Source: Alphaproteobacteria bacterium
GTDB lineage: Bacteria > Pseudomonadota > Alphaproteobacteria > SP197
Length of the DNA: 64,000 nt
Direction: 5' to 3'
Assembly: GCA_964291415.2 (NCBI GenBank)
Contig: OZ219917.1
Location: 640,001-704,000, forward strand
Shown in pieces: positions 1 through 9,053 of the stretch; position 1 is the first letter of the stretch; each line of letters starts with the position of its first letter. The notes below the pieces were generated by a model, which searched no databases, was not told where the DNA came from, and saw only the letters and a program-made list of their open reading frames with translations. Made by a program: the position numbers and the translations under genes.

Positions 1-469
1 AATGCCCGAGGAGATGGCGCGTGTGGCCCGCTCAACGACCATTCCGATCGCCACCGGCGAGCGGCTGGCGACGAAGCACGAGTTCGCCCGCGTGCTGGCG
101 ACCGGTGCGGCATCGATTCTGCAGATGGCGCTCGGCAGGGTGGGCGGCCTCCTGGAGGCAAAGAAGATTGCCGGCATGGCAGAGGCGCACTACGCCCAGA
201 TCGCGCCCCATCTCTACTGCGGGCCGATCGAGGGTGCGGCCAATGTCCAGATTGCCACCGCGTCGCCCAACTTCCTGATACTCGAGAGCATCCGCCGCTG
301 GGACGGCTTCCACGCCAGAATCCTCAAAACCCCGATGCGCTGGGAGGAAGGCTACGTCATCCCGCCGGACGCACCTGGCATTGGCGTCGAACTCGACGAA
401 GACGTGGCTCGCGCCCATCCCTACACGGAGAACCACCTCCACCTCGAACCGAAGACCGTGCCGCTCTGA
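1..469 (+). CDS. Mandelate racemase/muconate lactonizing (enolase superfamily) enzyme, C-terminal part, truncated by window start
   Basis: IPIATGERL, APHLYCGP, FLILE and PGIGVELDE motifs typical of the galactonate-dehydratase-like MR subgroup. Confidence 0.85.
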   Translation, partial: MPEEMARVARSTTIPIATGERLATKHEFARVLATGAASILQMALGRVGGLLEAKKIAGMAEAHYAQIAPHLYCGPIEGAANVQIATASPNFLILESIRRWDGFHARILKTPMRWEEGYVIPPDAPGIGVELDEDVARAHPYTENHLHLEPKTVPL

Positions 470-506
470 TCCTGTGTGAACCGTTCCCGGCCCGACTGTC
501 GCACGC

Positions 507-1367
507 TTATCCTGTCTGCTGGCGCAGGCTCCAGAGGGCGTGTGATGTGAGGGTGGCGAGAATGACCACGCCGCCGACGATCGTGGTCCCGGTGGGCGTT
601 TCGCCGATCGCCGCCCACAGGAGAAGGGGTGCGAGAACGGCCTCGAGCAGGAACAGCAGCAGGACTTCCGGCGCCGGAATGTAACGGGCGCCGATGAACT
701 GCAGGGAGAAGGCAAGGGGGAGCATGACCAGGCCCATGACGGCGATCAGGCGAGCATCTCCGGCGCCGACCGCCACCGGCAGGGAGACAGCGACGGCAAT
801 GGCCGCCGTGACGAGCCCACCGATGGCCAGGGTCGGAACCATGTCCGTCATCCTGTGCTTGCGAATGAGGGCGAAGGTCAGACCCGAGAGCACGGCCACA
901 ACGAGGGCGGAAAGGTCGCCCTCCAGGGAGGAGCCGATGCCGGCTTTCCCGGAGACGATGATCAGCAGACCGGAAAATGTCCCGGCCATCGCGACGATGG
1001 TGTAGACCGGCAGCCTTTCGCGCATGAGGAGCCAGGAAAACGCTGCGCCGAACATGCTGCCGGTGGCGATGATCAGCAGAGTGCTGGCAGCCGAGGTATG
1101 GGTGATGGCCCAGACAAAGGCGATCGTGCCGATGCCGAAGAGGGTGCCAATCACGAGGCCTGGCACGCCGGGCGCCAGCATGACCTCCAGGGCGCGGCGA
1201 CGGTAGATGGCGGCAAGTCCGATGACGAGTCCGACGGAGGAGAGGAGTCCGCGCCAGAAGGCCAGTGTCCAGGGATCGGTGTCGATCAACCGGATCAGCA
1301 GGACATCGGGCGTGATCACCAGCATGGCCAACGTGGTGATCGCCAGCCCCCTGGCGCGTTCGCTCAC
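507..1367 (-). CDS. DMT/EamA family transporter
   Basis: 286 aa, about 10 hydrophobic segments, two EamA-like repeats (FWRG, LLMRERL, LLEAVLAPLLLW..IGETP). Confidence 0.85.
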   Translation of the reverse strand: MSERARGLAITTLAMLVITPDVLLIRLIDTDPWTLAFWRGLLSSVGLVIGLAAIYRRRALEVMLAPGVPGLVIGTLFGIGTIAFVWAITHTSAASTLLIIATGSMFGAAFSWLLMRERLPVYTIVAMAGTFSGLLIIVSGKAGIGSSLEGDLSALVVAVLSGLTFALIRKHRMTDMVPTLAIGGLVTAAIAVAVSLPVAVGAGDARLIAVMGLVMLPLAFSLQFIGARYIPAPEVLLLFLLEAVLAPLLLWAAIGETPTGTTIVGGVVILATLTSHALWSLRQQTG

Positions 1368-1491
1368 TGCATTGTCCTCCCGATGATCCTGCCTGCGCTA
1401 TGGAGCCATGGCGCGTCAGGGGTATAGGGTGCATGCTCCGTTCCCGAAAGGTGTGCGGGTTTGCACACCACCAGGCTGCCCGGGGTGAAGG

Positions 1492-2682
1492 ATGAGTTCG
1501 GACGCCATCAAGGCCATCCCCCTGGCAAGCCTGACCGCGATCATCTGCGGCATGACCGTCATCGCCATGATTGCCGGATTCAACTCGCCACTCTTTTCCA
1601 CGCGCCTTGACTCCATGGGATACAGCGACGAGCTGATCGGCATCAACGCAGCCGCCAACGCGGTCGGCCCCTTCCTCATGGCGCCGCTGGCCGCGATGGT
1701 CCTGGCGCGTTGGGGTCTGGCGCGGGCCATGATTGCGGCCGGTCTTCTCGAGGGCCTGCTCTATCTTGCATGTATCCTGGTTCCCGGATTCACCGGCTGG
1801 ACCGCCATCCGCCTGGTCATGGGAGCCGTCGGTCTGGCCTCGTGGGTTGCCGGCGAGGTGTGGATCACCTCGGCTGCGCCCGATGCCTTCAGGGGACGGA
1901 TCCTCGCCATCTACAATTCCTGTTTCGGTCTGGGCGTGGCTGTCGGTCCGGCGATGCTCGCCTGGGCAGGGCATACCGGGAATCTTCCGTTCGTCCTCGC
2001 GGCCCTGCTGATGGCGGCGGCAACCGTGCCTGTCATTCTCGCCCGGCGTCTGGCGCCGGCCATGCCCGGAGAGCACTCGCGCCCCTCGGTCCGCGCCCTC
2101 TTGAAACCGATGCGCCAGACGCCGCTGCCCATGCTGCTCAATCTCTCCTACGCCCTTACCTTCATGGCCCTGTGGACCTTTCTCCCGGTCTATGCCGTCG
2201 ACACCCACTACGACGTGGAACGCTCCTACCATCAGCTGTCCTTCTGCGCCGCCGGAGCAGTCGCCCTGCAGCTGCCAATCGGCTGGCTGGTCGACCGGAG
2301 GGACCGGCGCCTCGTCGGCCTCCTGCTCCTCCTCGTCGCCGTTGTCGGTTTCGCCTGTCTTGAGCTGGTGGTGCGCCTGCCGTGGATCGACTACATCTTC
2401 TTCTTCTTCATCGGCGGCCTGACCAGCGGCCTCTATGTGGTGGCGCTGGCCATGATCGGCAGTTTCTACCGCGGCGCGGCGCTGGCATCGGCGATCACCA
2501 TCTTCACGCTGATGTGGAGTCTCGGGAGTCTTGCCGGTCCGCCTGTCGTCGGCATCATCAACGGCGCCCTGGGACCGTCGGGTCTGGTCGTCGCTCTCGT
2601 CCTGTTCTGTGCCGTCTTCGTGCCCGTCGCCGCCCGGGAGTGGTGGCGAAACAGGGCTCCATCTCTCGTCGGCGAGCCATGA
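1492..2682 (+). CDS. MFS transporter (YcaD-like)
   Basis: 396 aa, about 12 TM segments, RGRILAIY and LQLPIGWLVDRRDRR motifs. Confidence 0.85.
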   Translation: MSSDAIKAIPLASLTAIICGMTVIAMIAGFNSPLFSTRLDSMGYSDELIGINAAANAVGPFLMAPLAAMVLARWGLARAMIAAGLLEGLLYLACILVPGFTGWTAIRLVMGAVGLASWVAGEVWITSAAPDAFRGRILAIYNSCFGLGVAVGPAMLAWAGHTGNLPFVLAALLMAAATVPVILARRLAPAMPGEHSRPSVRALLKPMRQTPLPMLLNLSYALTFMALWTFLPVYAVDTHYDVERSYHQLSFCAAGAVALQLPIGWLVDRRDRRLVGLLLLLVAVVGFACLELVVRLPWIDYIFFFFIGGLTSGLYVVALAMIGSFYRGAALASAITIFTLMWSLGSLAGPPVVGIINGALGPSGLVVALVLFCAVFVPVAAREWWRNRAPSLVGEP

Positions 2683-3377
2683 GGGGCCTGTTTCCCGCCA
2701 TCCTCGCCGTGGCACTGGCATTCGGCGGCTGCGCCGGAGCAACGACGCCGGTCGTGGTCGAGCTCTTCACGTCCGAGGGCTGCAATTCCTGTCCGCCTGC
2801 CGATGAGCATCTCTTCGAACTCCGCCGCCGCGACGGTGTCCTCGCCCTCGGCTGGCATGTCGACTACTGGGACTGGCTGGGCTGGCGCGACCGGTTCGCC
2901 GACCCCGAGTTCAGCGCCCGCCAGCGCGTCTATGCGCGGCGTCTCGGCACGCCCGTCTACACGCCCCAGCTGGTGGTCTCCGGTACACACCAGGCCATCG
3001 GATCGGCAAAACAGGCGATCGAGACCGCCATCCGCCAGGCGCGATCCACCACCGGACAGGCTGTCGTCATCACTGCTTCCTGGAAGGAAGCCGGCCTGCT
3101 GGAGATCGCCCTTGGCGAGGGCGCGGCCAGTGATCACCACCTGGTTCACGTCGTCAGTTTCATGGATGAGGCACGGACCGAGGTCACCGCCGGCGAGAAT
3201 GCCGGGCGCACCCTGCGCCACGCCAACATCGTCGAGACCTGGCAAACCGTCGGAACCTGGGATGGCGCGCCCGCCGTCATGGCCGTTCCAGCCGTCAGCA
3301 ACAGGAATCACGCCATCCTCGTCCAGGCGCCGGGGCAGGGCGCGATTGTCGGCGCCCTCGAGGTACCAACGCCCTGA
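2679..3377 (+). CDS. DUF1223 thioredoxin-like exported protein
   Basis: VVELFTSEGCNSCPPAD, HVDYWDWLGWRDRF, YTPQ, GENAGRTL; ATG at 2679 overlaps the MFS stop (ATGA); signal-like N-terminus. Confidence 0.9.
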   Translation: MRGLFPAILAVALAFGGCAGATTPVVVELFTSEGCNSCPPADEHLFELRRRDGVLALGWHVDYWDWLGWRDRFADPEFSARQRVYARRLGTPVYTPQLVVSGTHQAIGSAKQAIETAIRQARSTTGQAVVITASWKEAGLLEIALGEGAASDHHLVHVVSFMDEARTEVTAGENAGRTLRHANIVETWQTVGTWDGAPAVMAVPAVSNRNHAILVQAPGQGAIVGALEVPTP

Positions 3378-3738
3378 TCCTCACGACCATGGGAACCTTC
3401 CGGCGCAGCGCGACGTTCGCCGTCCTGCGCCGCAAGGTTCCCGCCGCCGCCGGTCGCGCCCGGAGAAGGTCCGTCGGAACTCTGTGATCCCTGACGAAGG
3501 CGTCGATGCGGTCCTCCAATGCAGGCTCCGACCGTTGACTGTTCCGGGGCCGGGTACGGTGACGCGCGGCTTGTTCCGGCTCGATCTCGCGTGATAGCGT
3601 GGCCGCCTCCGGCAGCCTGCAGGAGGAAGTCATGGCGGTTCGCGCCGCAACGGCGACCGACGTCATTCCAGGGTCCGAGGCCGCCCCGATGCCCGCGGTG
3701 AGGGAGGGGGTGCCAGTTCTCTCTGAAGCGCCATTGCC

Positions 3739-4389
3739 ATGCTGACCTTCGCCGAAGAAATCCTGATCCTGTTGCTGGGCGACCGGGACGGCGAACTGTT
3801 CACCCGCGTGCCAGGCGACAACCTGTCGTGCGCGCTCGCGGGCGCCGTCCTGCTGGATCTCTCCTTCGCCGGCCGCATCGACACGGACCCGGAACGGCTC
3901 GTGGTCATCGACCCGACGCCGACCGGCAACGTCATCCTCGATGGCACCCTGGCGAGGCTTGCGGCCCGCGACCCGCAGGTGAGCACGAGAATCTGGATCG
4001 GGGAGCTGTCCGTCGAGGATGCGGCCGGCATTCGCGAGTCGGTGCTGCAGAGCCTTGTTGACCGTGACGTTCTTGCGTCTCGCGGGGGACGCTTCCGATG
4101 GACCGACTTCTTCTCCAGACCTCCGGGAGGCGGCAGCGAGGCGGAACGGGAAGTCAAGGGACGTATCCGGGACGTCCTGTTCTCCGACGGCATCCCGGAT
4201 CCACGAGACATCGCCCTTGTCGGCCTCACGGACGCCTGCGATCTCATCGGCCATGTCCTCCCGAAGGAGGATATGAACCGGTACCGCCCGCGCCTCGATC
4301 AGCTGCGCGGGCTGGACCTGATCGCCCGCGAACTGGCGGAGTTGCTCGCCGGCATCGAGCATCATGTCACCAACGTCCGGGTTCGGTGA
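3739..4389 (+). CDS. GPP34 (GOLPH3/Vps74) family protein
   Basis: MLTFAEEILILLL, LAGAVLLDLSFAGRI, VVIDPTPTGNVILD, PDPRDIALVGL. Confidence 0.85.
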   Translation: MLTFAEEILILLLGDRDGELFTRVPGDNLSCALAGAVLLDLSFAGRIDTDPERLVVIDPTPTGNVILDGTLARLAARDPQVSTRIWIGELSVEDAAGIRESVLQSLVDRDVLASRGGRFRWTDFFSRPPGGGSEAEREVKGRIRDVLFSDGIPDPRDIALVGLTDACDLIGHVLPKEDMNRYRPRLDQLRGLDLIARELAELLAGIEHHVTNVRVR

Positions 4390-4566
4390 CGATGCCGGAT
4401 CACCGGCCGGCGCCATGGCCGTGATGCCGTTGGCATGACCGCGATGCGCCGGCTGCCGGGGTTCGCGGCGCGCGCGCGTTTCAGGCCCGAATCAGTCCCA
4501 TGCCAACCACGGTCCGGCAGGTGCGTGGTACCATGGCCCCGTCAGACTTCCGGAGAAAGGAACGCC

Positions 4567-5282
4567 ATGAACAAGGTGGAAGAGGGCCTGCGTCGTGACG
4601 TGGTTGAACGCTGTCGCGAACTGAATGCGAGCGGTATCAACCAGGAACGACCGGCAGTATCTCGGTCCGCTACGGTACCCGCATGCTGATATCGCCATCG
4701 GCGACGCCCTACGACACGATGGAGCCCGGGATGATTGCGTCGATGTCGCTGGAGGACGAGAGCGGTGCCTCGGAAGGTCCTCTCAAGACGTCGACGGAGT
4801 GGCCCTTCCACCACAGGATCCTGCGCGAACGCCCCGACGCCAACGCCGTCGTGCATGCCCATCCGGCCTACTGCACGACCCTTGCCATCGCGCGCAAGGA
4901 GATATCGGCCTGCCACTACATGATCGCCTGCTTCGGCGGGAACAACGTGCGTTGCACCGGGTATGTGCGGTTCGGGACCGATGAACTCTCCCGTCTGGCC
5001 GTCGCCGCCCTGGAAGACCGCACCGCCGGTCTGCTGGGCAACCACGGCATGATCACGATCGGCGATACGCTCGCCAAGGCCATGTGGCGGGCCGTCGAAC
5101 TCGAGACGATCGCGAGGCAGTACTACCTCAGCCTGCAGATCGGCGGGCCGACGCTGCTGAGCGACGCCGAGGTGGAGGGGACCCTCGCGGCCTTCGCAGG
5201 ATACGGCGTCCAGGATGATGCAGGCCGCGCGGAGACCGGTGGAGCGCGATCCCCGCGCGGGACGCAAAAAAAGGCGGCTTGA
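4567..5282 (+). pseudogene. Class II aldolase (fuculose-1-phosphate aldolase-like) with a 1-nt frameshift near 4644
   Basis: RBS and ATG at 4567 give MNKVEEGLRRDVVERCRELNASGINQ; adding one G at caggaacg restores GTTGSISVRYG-MLISPS in the frame carrying STEWPFH, VVHAHP, LLGNHG. Confidence 0.75.
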
Positions 5283-5555
5283 TCGAGGCGGCGGGCCACT
5301 GTCGAAGATCGCAACGTCGCCAAGGACTTCGGTTCCGTCGCGGTGATGCGCGGTCACCTGTGGCTACGTGTTCCACAATGACCAGACCCCGTTGCTGCCG
5401 AAGGCCCGGGACAACGGATCGTCACGGCATTGCCCGCGAACGGTTGACGCTCCGGGGTTGAACCGTGCAGCCGCGGTCCGGGGGCTGAACGGCACGAGTC
5501 ACCTGGCCGCCCGTCAACAGCGACGTCCCTTGCGGTTCGGAGCGGGCGCCGACGT

Positions 5556-7448
5556 TCAGAGAGCGACCGCCTTTGCCATCGTGTCGCTCATGCGCTTGGC
5601 GAAGCGGGCCGGATCCGGCGGCAATTCGCCTTCCTGGATCAGCGCCTGGTCGAGCAGCAGGTGGGCCATGTCCTCGATCTGAAGGCTCGAGCCCTCGCTG
5701 CGTGTCCGCTCGACAAGCGAGCGGATCAGGGCATGGGCGGGGTTGATCTCGAGAATGCGTTTCCCGGACAGGGCATCCTGACCGCTGGATTGCAGGATCT
5801 TCTGCAGGCGCATGCTCATTTCGCCCTCGTCCACCACGAGGCAGCAGGCCGAGTCGGTGAGACGCTTCGATTCGCGCACGTCCGTGACCTTGTTCTCGAG
5901 AGCGAGCTTGAGCATGGCGATGAGCGGCGTGATGTCGCCGGTCTCCTCCTCCTCCTCCTTGTCGGCGGCCCCGGCGATGGCGGAAAGATCGATGTCGCCG
6001 CGAGCGACATTGACGAGCGTCTTTCCTTCGTGGGCGTCGACCGACATGGTCCAGAACTCGTCCACCGGGTGATCGAGCAGGAGCACCTCGACGTCCTTCG
6101 CCCGGAAGGCCTCGAGCATGGGATTGGACCGCATGGTCTCGAGCCTGTCCCCGATCAGCAGGTAGATGGAGTCCTGACCCTCCTTCATCGCGGCGACGTA
6201 GTCGTCGAGACTGACCCAGCCGTCGCGTGTCGTCGAGCGGAAGCGCAGCAGGGGCAGGATGGTGTCGCGACGCTGGTGATCCTCGTAGACACCCTCCTTG
6301 AGGACGGCGCCGAAGGTCTCCCAGAAGGCGTGATAGGACTCCGCGTCCTTCTTCGCCTTCTTGCCAAGTTCGGTCAGCACCCGCTTGACGACCGCCCTCG
6401 AGATCCTGTCGACCACAGGGTTGTTCTGCAGAACTTCGCGGCTGACATTGAGAGGCAGGTCCTCGGAATCGACGATGCCGCGCAGGAACCGCAACCATGG
6501 CGGAATCAGCCCCTCGCATTCGTCGGTGATGAAGACCTTGCGGACATAGAGCTTGACGCCGTGCTGGCGTCTCGGATCGAAGAGATCGTAGGGCGCCGAG
6601 GACGGAATGAAGAGCAGGTTCGTGTAGGCGATGACGCCTTCTGCCCTGTTGTGGAGCGTCAGCCAGGGTTCGTCGAAGCCATGACTGACATGGCGGTAGA
6701 ACTCGGTGTACTCCTCCTCGGCTATGGCCGACCTGGGCCGCGTCCACAGGGCCGCAGCCTCGTTGACCTGGCGCGATTCGCCGCCGGCGGCAACCCAGAC
6801 CGGCAGTCCGATATGCCCGGAATAGGTCTTGATGATGGTTTCGAGACGATGCCTGTCGGCGAACTCCTTCGAGTCCTTCTTCAACTCCAGAGTGATGGCG
6901 GTGCCGCGCGGTGTATCGGCTGGCGCTTGCGCCACGTCGAAACCCGTCCGGCCGTCCGATGTCCAGGTCCAGGCTTCCCCGGATCCGGCCTTCCTGGACG
7001 TGACGGTTACTGACCCGGCGACCATGAAGACGGCATAGAACCCGACGCCGAACTGGCCGATCATGCTGATATCGGAACGTTCCTTCTTTGCCTTTTCCTT
7101 CTCGGCTTCGGCCAGTTGCCGGGCGAACTTCGCGGTGCCCGAACCGGCGATGGTGCCGAGATTGGCGACCAGCTCGTCCCGGCTCATGCCGATGCCATTG
7201 TCGGTGACCGTGATCAGTGACTTCTTGTCGTCGAGCGAGACGGTGATTGCGAGGTCGGGATCGTCCCGCATCAGCGAATCGTCGAGCTGGGCCTCGTAGC
7301 GCAGTCTGTCGCAGGCATCCGACGCGTTGGAGATCAGTTCCCGCAGGAACACCTCGCGCTTCGAATAGAGAGAATTGACGACAATATCGAGGATGCGGTT
7401 GACCTCGGCCTGAAACTCGTGATGGGCGCCGGTCTGCGTTTCGGCCAT
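5556..7448 (-). CDS. htpG: Hsp90 chaperone HtpG
   Basis: FQAEV, FLRELISNASDA, DNGIGM, IGQFGVGFY, DSEDLPLNVSRE, LEINPAH. Confidence 0.98.
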   Translation of the reverse strand: MAETQTGAHHEFQAEVNRILDIVVNSLYSKREVFLRELISNASDACDRLRYEAQLDDSLMRDDPDLAITVSLDDKKSLITVTDNGIGMSRDELVANLGTIAGSGTAKFARQLAEAEKEKAKKERSDISMIGQFGVGFYAVFMVAGSVTVTSRKAGSGEAWTWTSDGRTGFDVAQAPADTPRGTAITLELKKDSKEFADRHRLETIIKTYSGHIGLPVWVAAGGESRQVNEAAALWTRPRSAIAEEEYTEFYRHVSHGFDEPWLTLHNRAEGVIAYTNLLFIPSSAPYDLFDPRRQHGVKLYVRKVFITDECEGLIPPWLRFLRGIVDSEDLPLNVSREVLQNNPVVDRISRAVVKRVLTELGKKAKKDAESYHAFWETFGAVLKEGVYEDHQRRDTILPLLRFRSTTRDGWVSLDDYVAAMKEGQDSIYLLIGDRLETMRSNPMLEAFRAKDVEVLLLDHPVDEFWTMSVDAHEGKTLVNVARGDIDLSAIAGAADKEEEEETGDITPLIAMLKLALENKVTDVRESKRLTDSACCLVVDEGEMSMRLQKILQSSGQDALSGKRILEINPAHALIRSLVERTRSEGSSLQIEDMAHLLLDQALIQEGELPPDPARFAKRMSDTMAKAVAL

Positions 7449-7477
7449 ATTGGATGCCTCACTCTAGCCTTGGCCTG

Positions 7478-7505
7478 ATGTAGGCCACGATTCCCGCACT
7501 TCAAG
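7478..7505 (-). promoter_or_regulatory. RpoH (sigma32)-type promoter of htpG
   Basis: Minus strand reads CTTGAA-N15-CCTACAT about 30 bp upstream of the htpG ATG, matching the alphaproteobacterial RpoH consensus. Confidence 0.75.
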
Positions 7506-7590
7506 GCCGACGGTGCCATTCCGGACGTGCACCAGTCCGCACCCGGCATGACGGCGTCGGTCCGCCTCCGGGTCACCTGTGAGGAAAGAC

Positions 7591-9042
7591 TCAGGAAGGA
7601 TGAATGGCGGCGCGCAACGTCGTGGCGACGTTTGCGATCAGGGGGCCGAAGGCGCGGCGTTCCTCCAGGTTCGGGAACACGTTGCGCACGGTCTCTTCGA
7701 GTCCGGCCAGCGGTTCGGGGACCCGCCGCCCGGTGACGTCCAGGGCCCTCACGGCAATGGGCACAAGACTGGCGAGCGCGAGATCGAGGCATTCGCTGGC
7801 GCGCTGCAGCTTGGTCCAGGCGAGGAACACCGGGCTCGCCACGTCATTCTGTCCGAACCCCCCCGATTCGCTGCCCGGAAGCAGGGTGGCCTGGGCGTGA
7901 TACCGCGCCTCTTCCTCGTAGCCTGTCTGGGCCATGGGCAGGCATCCCATGTATCCACGGCGGATGCCGCCTTCGCGCTCGGGATCGATCAGCTGGTCGG
8001 GCAGCAGGGAGACATGGCCGTCGAGCAGTTTGGCGCCGTGGCGTTCGGCCAGGACACAGAGATTGGCTGAGGCCGCCGTCAAGGCGTCCATGGCAAGAAC
8101 CGCGTGGGGATTGTGGTATCCGCCGGTCGACACGAACTGTCCGAAGGGATGGTCCTCGTCCCGTTCGTCGATCCACACCGGGTTGTCTGTAACGGCCTGG
8201 AGGGATTCGCTGGCCACGTCGCGCACCAGGTCGACGGCGCGCCGGGCCTGGCCGAGCATGCGTGGCGCGATGCGGTAGCTCACCGGCGCCTGGTAGGGCC
8301 GTCGGCTGCCGCCATGGCCGCCGTCGATGAGTGTGCGCATGGTCCTGAGAGCCCAGGCGTCGCAGGTATTGTTCCAGTAGTCCTCGAGAGCCCCGGCGAG
8401 GTGGCCGAGGGGCGCATTGAACGCCTCGAACGAAAGCGCGAAGACCCGGGCAGCGAGATCGAGACGGGCTTCACCCGTCAGGGCGGCATCGGCGACAAGC
8501 CCGGTCGCCGACGGCGAACCGTTGACCAGGCACATGACATCCTTGACATCGGCCCCGACCGATTCGACGAGGGGAGCAAAGAGGTGGCTGAGCGAGAGTA
8601 TTTCGCCGGCACCACCCTGGCCGCGTGCCGGGATCACGGGCACGCTTTCCTGCGCGAGCATTGCCGCGACTCCCTGGGCAATCTCCGGCGAGACGGCTGC
8701 GTGGCCCTCGATGAAGTTGGTCAGGCGCGCGAGGATGATGAGGCGCACCACCCGATCGGGCAGAGGCTCGCCCCACGAGGCCGCGGCGCCGGTCGGCGAC
8801 ATGCGGGCATTGCTTGCGCGATCCTCCGGCCTGATCTTCTGTTTCGCCATCTGGCCGGCACCGGTCGTGACCCCGTAGATGGTGACTTCGGGGTCATGCT
8901 CGAGGATACGCATCAGTCTCTCGCGGCCGGCCTCCATGGCGGCCAGGGCTTCGGCGCCGATCTCGACGTCTTCGCGGTCCCAGACAACGCGGCGGGCGTT
9001 CTCCAGAGTGAGGTCGCTGCGCCTGGTGATGATGATGGTCAT
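7591..9042 (-). CDS. Aromatic amino-acid lyase (HutH/PAL fold) lacking the MIO Ala-Ser-Gly motif
   Basis: YGVTTG, LVNG, QAPVSYR, TDNP, GGYH, GQND conserved; MIO site reads RGQGGAGEIL instead of GSVGASGDL. Confidence 0.85.
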   Translation of the reverse strand: MTIIITRRSDLTLENARRVVWDREDVEIGAEALAAMEAGRERLMRILEHDPEVTIYGVTTGAGQMAKQKIRPEDRASNARMSPTGAAASWGEPLPDRVVRLIILARLTNFIEGHAAVSPEIAQGVAAMLAQESVPVIPARGQGGAGEILSLSHLFAPLVESVGADVKDVMCLVNGSPSATGLVADAALTGEARLDLAARVFALSFEAFNAPLGHLAGALEDYWNNTCDAWALRTMRTLIDGGHGGSRRPYQAPVSYRIAPRMLGQARRAVDLVRDVASESLQAVTDNPVWIDERDEDHPFGQFVSTGGYHNPHAVLAMDALTAASANLCVLAERHGAKLLDGHVSLLPDQLIDPEREGGIRRGYMGCLPMAQTGYEEEARYHAQATLLPGSESGGFGQNDVASPVFLAWTKLQRASECLDLALASLVPIAVRALDVTGRRVPEPLAGLEETVRNVFPNLEERRAFGPLIANVATTLRAAIHPS

Positions 9043-9053
9043 GGCTTGCGGAC

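Noticed and set aside
421-2742. 773-aa minus-strand ORF, and similar long ORFs at 32719-34890, 48169-50487 and 40433-41947
   Set aside because: Off-frame or antisense to well-supported genes, with low-complexity Arg/Gly/His-rich translations
3380-3735. Minus-strand LEDRIDAFVRDH..SGRD, faintly like a transposase C-terminus
   Set aside because: Too short and degenerate to call without a search; no terminal repeats seen
5943-5962. (CTC)n triplet run in htpG
   Set aside because: Encodes an ordinary acidic linker (KEEEEE) in frame; not a contingency repeat
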